From assembly GCA_003482855.1 (NCBI GenBank), contig DMXO01000004.1, positions 141,464 to 205,463 of the forward strand: 64,000 nt of DNA, written 5' to 3'. Under the pieces are notes generated by a model. The model saw only the letters and a list, made by a program, of their open reading frames with translations. It had not been told where the DNA came from and did not search any database. Every line of letters begins with the position of its first letter. The first letter of the stretch is position 1. The stretch comes from Candidatus Magasanikiibacteriota bacterium. Its GTDB lineage: Bacteria > Patescibacteriota > Patescibacteriia > Magasanikbacterales > UBA922. The position numbers and the translations under genes were made by a program. Shown piece after piece: positions 18,930-28,273 of the stretch.

Positions 18930-19691
18930 ATGTATGTCTATCTCTATGACAATTTTTTGAAACAGAAGCGCCATGAATCAGTTCTCAAAGCGATGGAGAC
19001 TAAGTTGACAGATTATGGGATAGCTGGTAAAATTATTCGGCTCCAACATTATACGAGTGCGGAGCTTTTGGTAGAAGATGAGATTAGGAAGGGCGCCAAG
19101 ACTATAGTTATTGTTGGTGATGATACTACTTTTGGGCATGTTCTTTCTCGAGCAGCTTCATGCAAGGTTACCTATGGTTTTTTGCCCGTAGGTCAAGACA
19201 ACGCTATAGCACAAGTTCTTGGTATACCACTCGGTGTTGAGGCATGTGATGTATTGGCTCGAAGGAGAAAGTTGCGTCTCGATGTCGGTTGGGTTAACAA
19301 TAGATACTTTATCTCTCAGCTACATATTCCGCCAAGCAATATTTCTATTGAGTATGATGAGAGCTTTAAAGTATCGAGTACAACAGGTAAAATGGAATTG
19401 GTAGTGTGTAATCTCAAGCCATTTATATGGACAGGTAAAGGAAAGCAATATGTTGTGCATCCACAAGATGGTAAGTTGGAAGCTTTCTTGCGTCCTGTTG
19501 TAAAAAGTAAAATTTTAAGAAAAGATTTATTTGAAGCGCCAAGCATTTTTCCTTTTGCTGAAATGGTCGTAAGTAGTAGGACTCCATTTCCTGTTGAGAC
19601 AGATGGCAAGGTTTCAAAGGAAGTAAAGATAACCATTAAATTAGCAAAAAGCAGGATTGAGATGGTCGTGGGGAAGGATAGGAAATTTTAA
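18930..19691 (+). CDS. Diacylglycerol-kinase-family (DAGKc-like) protein, degenerate GGDG
   Basis: IVIVGDDTT, GFLPVG..NAIA..LG, LDVG, DGKLE, VETDG. Confidence 0.75.
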   Translation: MYVYLYDNFLKQKRHESVLKAMETKLTDYGIAGKIIRLQHYTSAELLVEDEIRKGAKTIVIVGDDTTFGHVLSRAASCKVTYGFLPVGQDNAIAQVLGIPLGVEACDVLARRRKLRLDVGWVNNRYFISQLHIPPSNISIEYDESFKVSSTTGKMELVVCNLKPFIWTGKGKQYVVHPQDGKLEAFLRPVVKSKILRKDLFEAPSIFPFAEMVVSSRTPFPVETDGKVSKEVKITIKLAKSRIEMVVGKDRKF

Positions 19692-19706
19692 ATTTTGAAT
19701 AGTTAT

Positions 19707-19788
19707 GCCCAGGTGGCGAAATTGGTATACGCACTACCTTGAGGTGGTAGCGGGGAAACTCATGCGGGTTCAAATCCCGCCCTGGGCA
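19707..19788 (+). tRNA. tRNA-Leu (GAG)
   Basis: GCCCAGG/CCTGGGC acceptor stem, CTACC-TTGAGGT-GGTAG anticodon arm, long variable arm, GGTTCAAATCC; CCA not encoded. Confidence 0.95.
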
Positions 19789-19810
19789 CTCTGTATATAT
19801 AAAAGGAATC

Positions 19811-19839
19811 TTGACACAAGAGTCCTTTTTTGTTATAGT
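19811..19839 (+). promoter_or_regulatory. Promoter of rnpB
   Basis: TTGACA-17 bp-TATAGT with extended -10 TG. Confidence 0.75.
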
Positions 19840-19846
19840 ATGTAGG

Positions 19847-20229
19847 TTCATTTTATGGAAGATGATCGCTCCGACGTCACGTCGGAGAGGAAAGTCCGAA
19901 CTCTAATTCGCTGATGAGGCGAAGAAAGGTAGTGGATAACGTCCACCCCTCGAGCTGTGAAGTTTCGGGGCGGGAAAGCGCCACAGAGACAATACTACCC
20001 TGACGTAACGTTGGGGGAAAGGTGAAAAGTGTATAGAAGTTTTTGATCTCGAGTCAAAAGTTACTATACTCTCCGTTCCGTGAGGAATTGGAGTGGCAAG
20101 CCCTACCTGGAGAAAGAGCAGCGCGCCGATGAGGCTGCGAAAAGTTAGCTCGTTTGATCACGTAGAGTAATTTACGTGGCAGAGAAATGATCATCCTCGA
20201 CAAAATTCGGCTTATATCCATAGAATGAA
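19847..20229 (+). ncRNA. rnpB: RNase P RNA
   Basis: GAGGAAAGTCCGAAC and ACAAAATTCGGCTTA (P4); GGAAAGCGCCACAGAGA; terminal P1 helix TTCATTTTATGGA/TCCATAGAATGAA. Confidence 0.95.
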
Positions 20230-20329
20230 TTTTCTAAATTACCCTAATATAAGGGTAATTTTGTTTTTATGTCGGTTGACCAGATCATCTTTTTGCAGTA
20301 ATATATACATATAAAATAGCTTATATATT

Positions 20330-21748
20330 ATGAAGCGGTCGGAAGTTATTCTCATGGTTTTACAAGTGCCTATTGATTTTATCATGTTACTTGTGGCAGG
20401 AGTGTCCGCATATTTTTTGCGTTTTACTGATTGGGCGCTTCGTTTGAAGCCAGTTGTTTTTGATATCACTCTTGGTGAATTTTTGTATTATGTTGCGTGG
20501 GTTGGACTTGGCTGGATGATTATATTTATGATCGTCGGTTTGTATTCCACTGATCCAAATAGAAAATTTGCCCGTGATCTTGTTCGTGTTCTACTTGCTT
20601 GTACGACTGGTCTGGCTGCTGTAGCAGTGTATGTCATGTTTACCCAACAATTGTTTGATTCTCGTTTTTTGGTAGTAGTGAGTTGGGGTTTTGCAATTTT
20701 ATATGTAGTAATTGGTAGATTTTTTATGCGTGGTGTCAAAGGTTTGCTATATCGATGGGGCATAGGTTTACGGCGTGTAGTAGTCATCGGCGCCCAAGAT
20801 ATTGCTCATGCGATTGTTGAAACTCTTTCATCACGTCGAGAACTTGGTTATGAAGTGGTGGGTACATTTGCATCATATACTGCGAAGATAGAGCATGAAT
20901 TAGATGATGTGAAACCTCATGAACTCATTTTTACCAACCCGAAGGCAAATGAAAAAGAGACATTATCTGCAATAAGGTTTTGTAATCAACATCATATTGT
21001 TTTTAAATATTCTGCTGATTTGTTTGACACATATACGACTAACATGTCAGTTAGTGCACTTGCCGGTGTCCCTATTGTAGAATTGAAACGGACTTCTCTT
21101 GATGGGTGGGGTAGAGTCGCCAAGCGTATTTTTGATATCATTTTTAGTGTTATTGTCCTCGTCATAATGAGCCCTCTTATGATTTTTGTGTCTCTTGTGA
21201 TTTTGTTTGAAACAGGGAGACCTATTATCTATAAAAATGAACGAGTAGGTATCCGCGGTAATGCATTTATGGCATTTAAATTTCGCTCTATGCATCAGAA
21301 AGATTCCACAGGCCCACAGTTTGGTGAATCTGGTGAAAAAGCAGAACGAAAAGAGCAGGAACTTATTGAGAAACAAAATACTAAGACAGGTCCTATATAT
21401 AAAATTAAGGATGATCCCCGCATTACATCGTTTGGAAGGTTTATTCGTAGATGGAGTATTGATGAGTTACCTCAATTTTTCAATGTGTTCAAGGGCAACA
21501 TGAGTATTGTTGGGCCGCGTCCTCATCAACCGCGAGAAGTTGAGCAATATAAATCTCAATATCCCACTGTTTTTGTACTCAAACCTGGTGTGACAGGGTT
21601 AGCACAGATATCTGGGAGAAGCGATTTGTCATTTGAAGAAGAGATGCAACTTGATATATTGTATACAGAGAAATGGAGTCTATTGCAGGATTTTGTCATT
21701 TTTATCAAGACGCCATTTATTGTTTTTAAAAAACGTAAAGCATTGTAG
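20330..21748 (+). CDS. Polyprenyl-phosphate sugar-1-phosphate transferase (WcaJ/WbaP type)
   Basis: N-terminal TMs, KRIFDI, KFRSM, DDPRIT..GRFIRRWSIDELPQ, VGPRP, KPGVTGLAQ. Confidence 0.93.
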   Translation: MKRSEVILMVLQVPIDFIMLLVAGVSAYFLRFTDWALRLKPVVFDITLGEFLYYVAWVGLGWMIIFMIVGLYSTDPNRKFARDLVRVLLACTTGLAAVAVYVMFTQQLFDSRFLVVVSWGFAILYVVIGRFFMRGVKGLLYRWGIGLRRVVVIGAQDIAHAIVETLSSRRELGYEVVGTFASYTAKIEHELDDVKPHELIFTNPKANEKETLSAIRFCNQHHIVFKYSADLFDTYTTNMSVSALAGVPIVELKRTSLDGWGRVAKRIFDIIFSVIVLVIMSPLMIFVSLVILFETGRPIIYKNERVGIRGNAFMAFKFRSMHQKDSTGPQFGESGEKAERKEQELIEKQNTKTGPIYKIKDDPRITSFGRFIRRWSIDELPQFFNVFKGNMSIVGPRPHQPREVEQYKSQYPTVFVLKPGVTGLAQISGRSDLSFEEEMQLDILYTEKWSLLQDFVIFIKTPFIVFKKRKAL

Positions 21749-21757
21749 ATATATAGT

Positions 21758-22885
21758 ATGAAAGTAGCGCTCGTACACGATTATCTTTCGCAGGACGGAG
21801 GGGCAGAGCGAGTACTCAAGGCGTTTACAGAAATATGGTCTGAAGCGCCTATTTTTGTTTTGTTTCATGACAAAAATAAGATGCAAGGATTTGAACACGC
21901 TGATATACGCCAATCATTTATTAGCAAATTACCATTTGGTAAAACCAAATATCAATGGTATCTCCCATGGATGCCTTTTGCGACCGAGCATCACAACTTA
22001 CATGATTTTGACGTAGTGATTTCATCGACAAGCGCTTTTGCAAAAGGTGTCTTGACTCGTCCTGATACCCTTCATATTTCATATTGCCACACCCCGACAC
22101 GCTATTTGTGGACTGATACCCATGAGTATATTGCTGATTTGAATTACAATCGGGTGGTCAAAGCTTTGTTGCCCCGTCTCATTTATAAATTGAGAATTTG
22201 GGACAAGATGAGCACAGATCGGGTAGATCATTTTGTTGCCAATTCTGACACGGTGCGTGGCCGTATAGAGAAATATTATCGTCGGTCAAGCGATATTATT
22301 TACCCTCCGGTAAATGTGGACTCTTTTTTTATAAGTCAAGACGTTGGAGACTATTTCGTCACGGGCGGTCGCATGGTTCCTTACAAGCGTTTTGATTTAG
22401 TTGTACAAGCATTCAATCGTTTGAAACTACCTCTTAAGATTTTTGGTGATGGTCCAGAACGTGAACGACTTGCACGCATTGCAAAAGACAATATTGAATT
22501 TGTTGGGCGTATAGATGAAGCAGAGAAGGCAACGCTACTGAGCCATGCGCGGGCTTTTATACATCCTCAGGTAGAGGATCTTGGCATTACCCCTATTGAA
22601 TCTATGGCATCAGGCAGGCCTGTCATTGCGTATGGTGTCGGTGGTGTTACCGAGACCGTAATGCCCGGGAAAACAGGTCTATTTTTTTATGATCAAACAT
22701 GGGAATCATTGGTTGATGTATTGTTGAGATTTGAATATATGACATGGGATAGCGAATTGATACGAGAACGGGCAAAACATTTTGATGTATTGGAATTCAA
22801 GGATAAGATGAAGAAATATGTGGAGGATAGATATGAAGAATTTACCCGCGGGCTCAACCAATGCAGGCTCGATATACGTATATAA
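21758..22885 (+). CDS. GT4 glycosyltransferase
   Basis: KVALVHDYL..GGAERV, YCHTPTRY, EDLGITPIESMASG. Confidence 0.93.
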   Translation: MKVALVHDYLSQDGGAERVLKAFTEIWSEAPIFVLFHDKNKMQGFEHADIRQSFISKLPFGKTKYQWYLPWMPFATEHHNLHDFDVVISSTSAFAKGVLTRPDTLHISYCHTPTRYLWTDTHEYIADLNYNRVVKALLPRLIYKLRIWDKMSTDRVDHFVANSDTVRGRIEKYYRRSSDIIYPPVNVDSFFISQDVGDYFVTGGRMVPYKRFDLVVQAFNRLKLPLKIFGDGPERERLARIAKDNIEFVGRIDEAEKATLLSHARAFIHPQVEDLGITPIESMASGRPVIAYGVGGVTETVMPGKTGLFFYDQTWESLVDVLLRFEYMTWDSELIRERAKHFDVLEFKDKMKKYVEDRYEEFTRGLNQCRLDIRI

Positions 22886-24030
22886 TGAATATGGTTATCG
22901 GAATAGACATTAGGTGTCTTACAGATATGCATCGTACAGGTGTTGGCACCTATACAGTCGAATTTTTGAATGCTATTTTTTCTCGTGACAAAGAAAATCA
23001 ATATTATCTATTTTATAATTCGTACAAGGATGTTTCTCATGCTATCTCTATATGGAAACAGGACAATGTACATTATGTAGCGACAAAATTACCGAATAAA
23101 TTGTTGAACATGTTATTATTTTTTGGGTTTTTAAAATTGGATAGCCTCGTTATTGCGGATTATCTAAAAAATAAAAACCTTAAAATAAAGATTGATATTT
23201 GGTTTTCACCAAATTTAAATTTTACATCACTTACTCCACAGGTAACCCATATCCAAACGATTCATGATCTTTCATTTGAAATACTGCCCGAATGTTTTAC
23301 ATGGAAACAGAGACTGTGGCACTGGTTTCTGAATCCGAAAAGACAATGCGAACGAGCGCATACTATCCTGACACCATCACAAAATACAAAAATGGATATC
23401 ACAGAAATATATACTATAAGAGATGATAAAATAAACGTATGGTGTCCATGGGTTTCATCAGGTGTTGTCGAACTAGACTTTGATACCGTGAAAAATAAAT
23501 ATGGCTTGAAGGATACATACATTTTATTTTTGGGTACATTGGAGCCAAGGAAAAATATAGAAAGTGCAATTGGAGCATATAAGAAATCTGGGCTGAAGGC
23601 CATGGGCTATGAGTTTATTGTCGCCGGTGCTCTAGGTTGGAAGTACAAGCCTATTTTAAAAGCAATCGATAATACACCAGGAGTGCATTATTTGGGGTAT
23701 GTATCTTATGAAGAAAAGGTTTTGTTGTATAGGCACGCGAAGTTATTTGTATATCCAAGTTTATATGAAGGATTCGGCCTGCCAGTGCTCGAGGCGATGG
23801 ATAATGGAGTGCCTGTCATCACATCCAATCGTTCTTCGCTTATGGAGGTCGTAGGCGATGCAGCCTACACAGTGAATCCATACAATGTGGCGCATATTGC
23901 GTATGCTATGCGTGTAGTGGTAGGAGACAATGTATTGTGTAGACGAATGTCAGAGGCAGGCAAAAAAAGAGTGACGCAGTATAATGATCACGACCTATTT
24001 GGTAGATTGCTAAGTATATTTAATATATAG
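22885..24030 (+). CDS. GT4 glycosyltransferase (MtfB-like)
   Basis: [34 protein letters not shown]. Confidence 0.93.
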   Translation: MNMVIGIDIRCLTDMHRTGVGTYTVEFLNAIFSRDKENQYYLFYNSYKDVSHAISIWKQDNVHYVATKLPNKLLNMLLFFGFLKLDSLVIADYLKNKNLKIKIDIWFSPNLNFTSLTPQVTHIQTIHDLSFEILPECFTWKQRLWHWFLNPKRQCERAHTILTPSQNTKMDITEIYTIRDDKINVWCPWVSSGVVELDFDTVKNKYGLKDTYILFLGTLEPRKNIESAIGAYKKSGLKAMGYEFIVAGALGWKYKPILKAIDNTPGVHYLGYVSYEEKVLLYRHAKLFVYPSLYEGFGLPVLEAMDNGVPVITSNRSSLMEVVGDAAYTVNPYNVAHIAYAMRVVVGDNVLCRRMSEAGKKRVTQYNDHDLFGRLLSIFNI

Positions 24031-24032
24031 AT

Positions 24033-24431
24033 ATGGAAGCGTCACGACACAAAAGGTATATACGTCATTTTTTGTCTTTTCCTTTTATCTATGGGTTATT
24101 ATTGCCATTAGTTTTGCTTGATATTGTGGTAGAGATATATCATAGAGTCTGTTTTCCCCTGTATGGGTTGCCGTATATACGGCGTGGGCAATATATCCGT
24201 ATTGACAGACATAAATTGAGTTATCTTAATTTGATTGAAAAAATGAACTGTGTATATTGTGGCTATGGTAACGGCCTAGCACACTATCTTACCGAGATCG
24301 CTGCACAAACAGAAAAATATTGGTGTGGTATACGGCATAAGGACATTGTGGGGTTCATTCCTCCAAAGCATCATAAAGATTTTTTGCCCTACGGAGATGA
24401 GGGAGCTTTCAGAGAATTTATGAATAAATAG
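24033..24431 (+). CDS. Small Cys/His-rich membrane-associated hypothetical protein
   Basis: One TM, then DRHKL, NCVYCGYGNG, YWCGIRH; coupled inside the GT operon. Confidence 0.75.
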   Translation: MEASRHKRYIRHFLSFPFIYGLLLPLVLLDIVVEIYHRVCFPLYGLPYIRRGQYIRIDRHKLSYLNLIEKMNCVYCGYGNGLAHYLTEIAAQTEKYWCGIRHKDIVGFIPPKHHKDFLPYGDEGAFREFMNK

Positions 24432-24432
24432 T

Positions 24433-25554
24433 ATGAAAATAGGTATTGATTGTCGCATGCTTTCTCCCGGATTTGGTTTGGGAAGGTATGTACAACAATT
24501 GGTAAAACATTTGCAAGCAATTGATACAAAGAATCAATATATTTTATTTTTGAAAGCTGACAATTGGAAGGAAGTGGAGGAGAGCGAGAATTTTAAAAAA
24601 GTTTTAACTGATATACCTTGGTATTCTTGGCAAGAGCAGACTAAGTTGAAAAAAATAATTAAAAAAGAGAATGTGGATTTGATGCATTTTCCACATTGGA
24701 ATGTCCCACTTAGTTACCACGATCCTTTTGTTGTTACGATACATGATCTCATTATGTATCATTTCCCGCGACCTCAGGCGACCACTCGGAGTAGAATTGT
24801 TTTTTGGCTTAAAGACAAAATACATAGAATGGTGATTCGTCATGCGGTAGAAAAAGCGAGCCGTGTTATTGCGACGAGTGAATTTACGAAGGGGGACGTT
24901 GTCAAAACTTTGCACATAGCTGAGAGTAAGATTACGGTGGTATATCAAGCGCCATTTGTTGATGATGCATATCGCGCATCACCTATCACGTATCACGATA
25001 TACAGAAAAAGTATAGCATTACTGAACCATATGTATTATATGTTGGGGCGGCATATCCGCATAAGAATTTGGAAAGATTGGTTGATGCGTGGAAATTATT
25101 TGAAGAAAAATATGGAGAAAATTATCAATTAGTTTTAGTTGGGAAAGAAGACTATTTTTATAAAAGATTAAAATCGGGGATCAAAGCTGGGGAGTCAAAG
25201 ATTATTTTTACTGGTTTTGCTTCAGACGATGAGTTGGTTGAATTGTACAAACACGCATCTCTGTATGTGTTTCCTAGTCTGTATGAAGGATTTGGGCTTC
25301 CTCCTCTTGAGGCAATGAGTTATGGTGTGCCCGTCGTCTCATCACATGCAAGTTGTTTGCCAGAGGTGCTTGGAGACGCAGCTGTATATTTTGACCCACA
25401 GAGCATAGAAAATATATGTTATACCATACAGCGCGTATTGGAGGATAAAGATATACAAACGATGTTGTTGCAAAATGGCAGAGAACGTATCAAAGAGCTG
25501 TCTAATATTCGTGGTGCCTCGAGTACATTAGATATATACAGGTCATGTATATAG
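24433..25554 (+). CDS. GT4 glycosyltransferase (MtfB-like)
   Basis: [38 protein letters not shown]. Confidence 0.93.
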   Translation: MKIGIDCRMLSPGFGLGRYVQQLVKHLQAIDTKNQYILFLKADNWKEVEESENFKKVLTDIPWYSWQEQTKLKKIIKKENVDLMHFPHWNVPLSYHDPFVVTIHDLIMYHFPRPQATTRSRIVFWLKDKIHRMVIRHAVEKASRVIATSEFTKGDVVKTLHIAESKITVVYQAPFVDDAYRASPITYHDIQKKYSITEPYVLYVGAAYPHKNLERLVDAWKLFEEKYGENYQLVLVGKEDYFYKRLKSGIKAGESKIIFTGFASDDELVELYKHASLYVFPSLYEGFGLPPLEAMSYGVPVVSSHASCLPEVLGDAAVYFDPQSIENICYTIQRVLEDKDIQTMLLQNGRERIKELSNIRGASSTLDIYRSCI

Positions 25555-25651
25555 TGTTATTCACAGTTTGATGAAAAACGGATAGAAATCCGTTTTTTTA
25601 TATACGACACTATGATATACTATATCTAAAGTTAGAAGTGAAAATACACAA

Positions 25652-28237
25652 ATGACTAAAAAGGAGACAATTAAGAAAGCGGCGTATAGAAAGGCACCTC
25701 GCAAGTGTTCTGTTTGTGGTAAAAATGGACATAATACACGTACGTGTACTACCAAAAAAAAGCGTATACAAAAAAGTAAAAACATTTCATCGTTTATACC
25801 AGTACAGGTAGTTCATGAAGCACATGCTTCTCCGCACTTAGTAGAATTGCAAAAAAAGAAAGCCAATATTCATTGGCAGGGTGTAGAAGTATATCGTGAA
25901 CGCAAAAATTTATCTGCGAGTCGTCAATTAGTAGATTTTGCTTCTCTTGTCCGCAGTGCAAATACCAAAAAGCAAGATATACAAAAAGAACCTACTACTG
26001 TTGAATCAAAAAATATATCTTCATCAGGTATAGATATTCTTGCAGAGATTGCACATATCAAATCACAATCAGAAGGTGTCAACACAACACATACAGTGTC
26101 TGCTCGCAAAGCACTTAATTTACTTACCGCTCGTCATAGATTTGGAGTTGGTACTTATCAAAAGATACAGCATGTATTAGAAGATTGGCAGGAACATATG
26201 CATGACGCGGTTACTAATTTTCGTAGCCATTTTAGCATCAGACGTTTTTCAATCAGTATTATTGGGTTACTATTGGTAGTTGGATTGCCTTTTCCTGTTG
26301 TGGGGTATTATCACAAAATTCAATCAGACACTGCTCGTATCGTGGGAGAGAGCACCAACGCTTTTTTGTCCTTGCAATCATCAACAGTAGCCGCTTTTCA
26401 AAATAATCTGCCTCAAGCAGAGTATGATCTCAATATAGCGCTCAATTCGTTTGGCAACGCACAGGAAATAATAGATCGTGAGTATAAGGCACTTGCATAT
26501 GTGGCGAGTATATTGCCTATTGTAGGAGACAAAGTAAAAAGCAGACAGGAATTATTGCTTGCAGGTCATCATCTTGCATTGGGTAATACATACTTAGTAA
26601 AGGGTATAGACGAAGCAACACGCACGCTGGACATAGATTTGATAGAGAGACTTACTTTGTTGAGACAGCATGTGCGTAGCGCATTGCCTCAGTACAATTC
26701 AGCATTGGATTCTTTGGACAATGTAGATTCTCTCGCCATACCTGCAGAATATCAAGAGTCTTTTAAAGATTTTAAAAATTTATTTGCCGGGTTTATTCAT
26801 GACATGGAAGACGTGGATAATGTTGTCCAAGGTGTGCAACTTATCATGGGAGGTGAAGGCTTCAAACGGTATCTTATTTTGTTTCAAAATAATTATGAGT
26901 TGAGGCCAACAGGTGGTTTCGTTGGCAGTTTTGCTGTTATGGATGTACAAGACGGCAAAATTTTGGATATTTCAGTGCCTGGTGGTGGTAGTTATGATTT
27001 ACAGGGCCAGCTTGATGTGTTTGTGAAACCCCCATTGCCGTTGCAACTACTGAATGGACGTTGGGAATTTCAGGATGGCAATTGGTTCCCTGATTTTCCT
27101 GCGTCTGCTCAGAAAATGGCATGGTTCTATAGACATAGCCGCAATACAACTGTAGACGGCGTGATAGCTGTGAATGCTCATGTTTTGGAGCGATTGCTCG
27201 ATGTCATGGGTCCCATACATAATGATCAGTATGAGTTGATGCTTAATGCCGATGATGCATTGAGTAAGTTGCGATATGAAATTGAATCGTACGATGGAGA
27301 AGAAAATACACCAAAAGCGGTATTGTCAGTATTACTCAATCAACTGATAGAAAATATAGGTCAGATAGAACCGCAACAATTATTGAGTCTTGTCAGTGAA
27401 ACACATGAAGCTCTGATACAAAAAGATATACAATTTTATTTTGTTGATGAGCGTGTAGAAAATGTATTCAAGGAGTATGGATGGACAGGAGAGATACTTG
27501 ATACAGCATCTGACCAAGATTATCTCATGGTGGTCAACAGTAACTTGGGTGGAGGCAAAAGTGATGCCAACGTATCACAACATGTATTTCATCAGGCAGT
27601 AGTGCAAGATGATGGGTCAATTGTTGATACTGTCCTTGTTACTCGATATTATCCAGGAGACGCGTCAGAATCATCCGATGAAGAAATCAATAGTAGCTAT
27701 TTGAGATTATACGTTCCCGAGGGATCAGAACTTCTCGACGCAGGTGGATTTGTGTATCCAGATGAAGCATCGTTTAGAGTGCCGCCTCGCTCATATACGA
27801 CAGATATAGATTTGAGCAATGTAGAGCAGGAAGAGTCAATTCATGTAGGGACAGGCACACGTATTACGCATGAATTTGGCAAAACAGCATTTGGTAATTG
27901 GATTGTGACAAGACCAGGGCATGAAACACAAGTATATTTTATATACAAGATCCCTTTCAACGTATTTAGAGACGCACAGATTGAGGAAGAAGATTCATCT
28001 GAAATAGCATCACTTATTGATACGTTTGGAGGAAAGGAAGATTTTTCTCGTTACAGTGTTGTCTTACAAAGACAATCAGGATCTCGTAGTAATTTTGAAC
28101 ATGCTATTATTTATCCAGAAGGATGGAAACCTGTATGGAAGGTGGGGGATGCACTGGAGTTGTCTGCCAATGGTGCCGCGGCACAAGGTCCTTTGGAGAC
28201 TGATGAAGTTTTTGGCATTATTATGAAACAAGAATAA
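25652..28237 (+). CDS. DUF4012-domain membrane protein with N-terminal CCHC zinc knuckle
   Basis: YLILFQNNYELRPTGGF.GS, NWFPDFP.SA, DGVIAVN, NLGGGKSD; N-terminal CSVCGKNGHNTRTC. Confidence 0.85.
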   Translation: MTKKETIKKAAYRKAPRKCSVCGKNGHNTRTCTTKKKRIQKSKNISSFIPVQVVHEAHASPHLVELQKKKANIHWQGVEVYRERKNLSASRQLVDFASLVRSANTKKQDIQKEPTTVESKNISSSGIDILAEIAHIKSQSEGVNTTHTVSARKALNLLTARHRFGVGTYQKIQHVLEDWQEHMHDAVTNFRSHFSIRRFSISIIGLLLVVGLPFPVVGYYHKIQSDTARIVGESTNAFLSLQSSTVAAFQNNLPQAEYDLNIALNSFGNAQEIIDREYKALAYVASILPIVGDKVKSRQELLLAGHHLALGNTYLVKGIDEATRTLDIDLIERLTLLRQHVRSALPQYNSALDSLDNVDSLAIPAEYQESFKDFKNLFAGFIHDMEDVDNVVQGVQLIMGGEGFKRYLILFQNNYELRPTGGFVGSFAVMDVQDGKILDISVPGGGSYDLQGQLDVFVKPPLPLQLLNGRWEFQDGNWFPDFPASAQKMAWFYRHSRNTTVDGVIAVNAHVLERLLDVMGPIHNDQYELMLNADDALSKLRYEIESYDGEENTPKAVLSVLLNQLIENIGQIEPQQLLSLVSETHEALIQKDIQFYFVDERVENVFKEYGWTGEILDTASDQDYLMVVNSNLGGGKSDANVSQHVFHQAVVQDDGSIVDTVLVTRYYPGDASESSDEEINSSYLRLYVPEGSELLDAGGFVYPDEASFRVPPRSYTTDIDLSNVEQEESIHVGTGTRITHEFGKTAFGNWIVTRPGHETQVYFIYKIPFNVFRDAQIEEEDSSEIASLIDTFGGKEDFSRYSVVLQRQSGSRSNFEHAIIYPEGWKPVWKVGDALELSANGAAAQGPLETDEVFGIIMKQE

Positions 28238-28273
28238 CTTTTCGTATCAAAATTAATATTTTAGTTTGTTTGT

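Noticed and set aside
19636-19851. 71-aa minus-strand ORF
   Set aside because: It is antisense to tRNA-Leu and the rnpB promoter.
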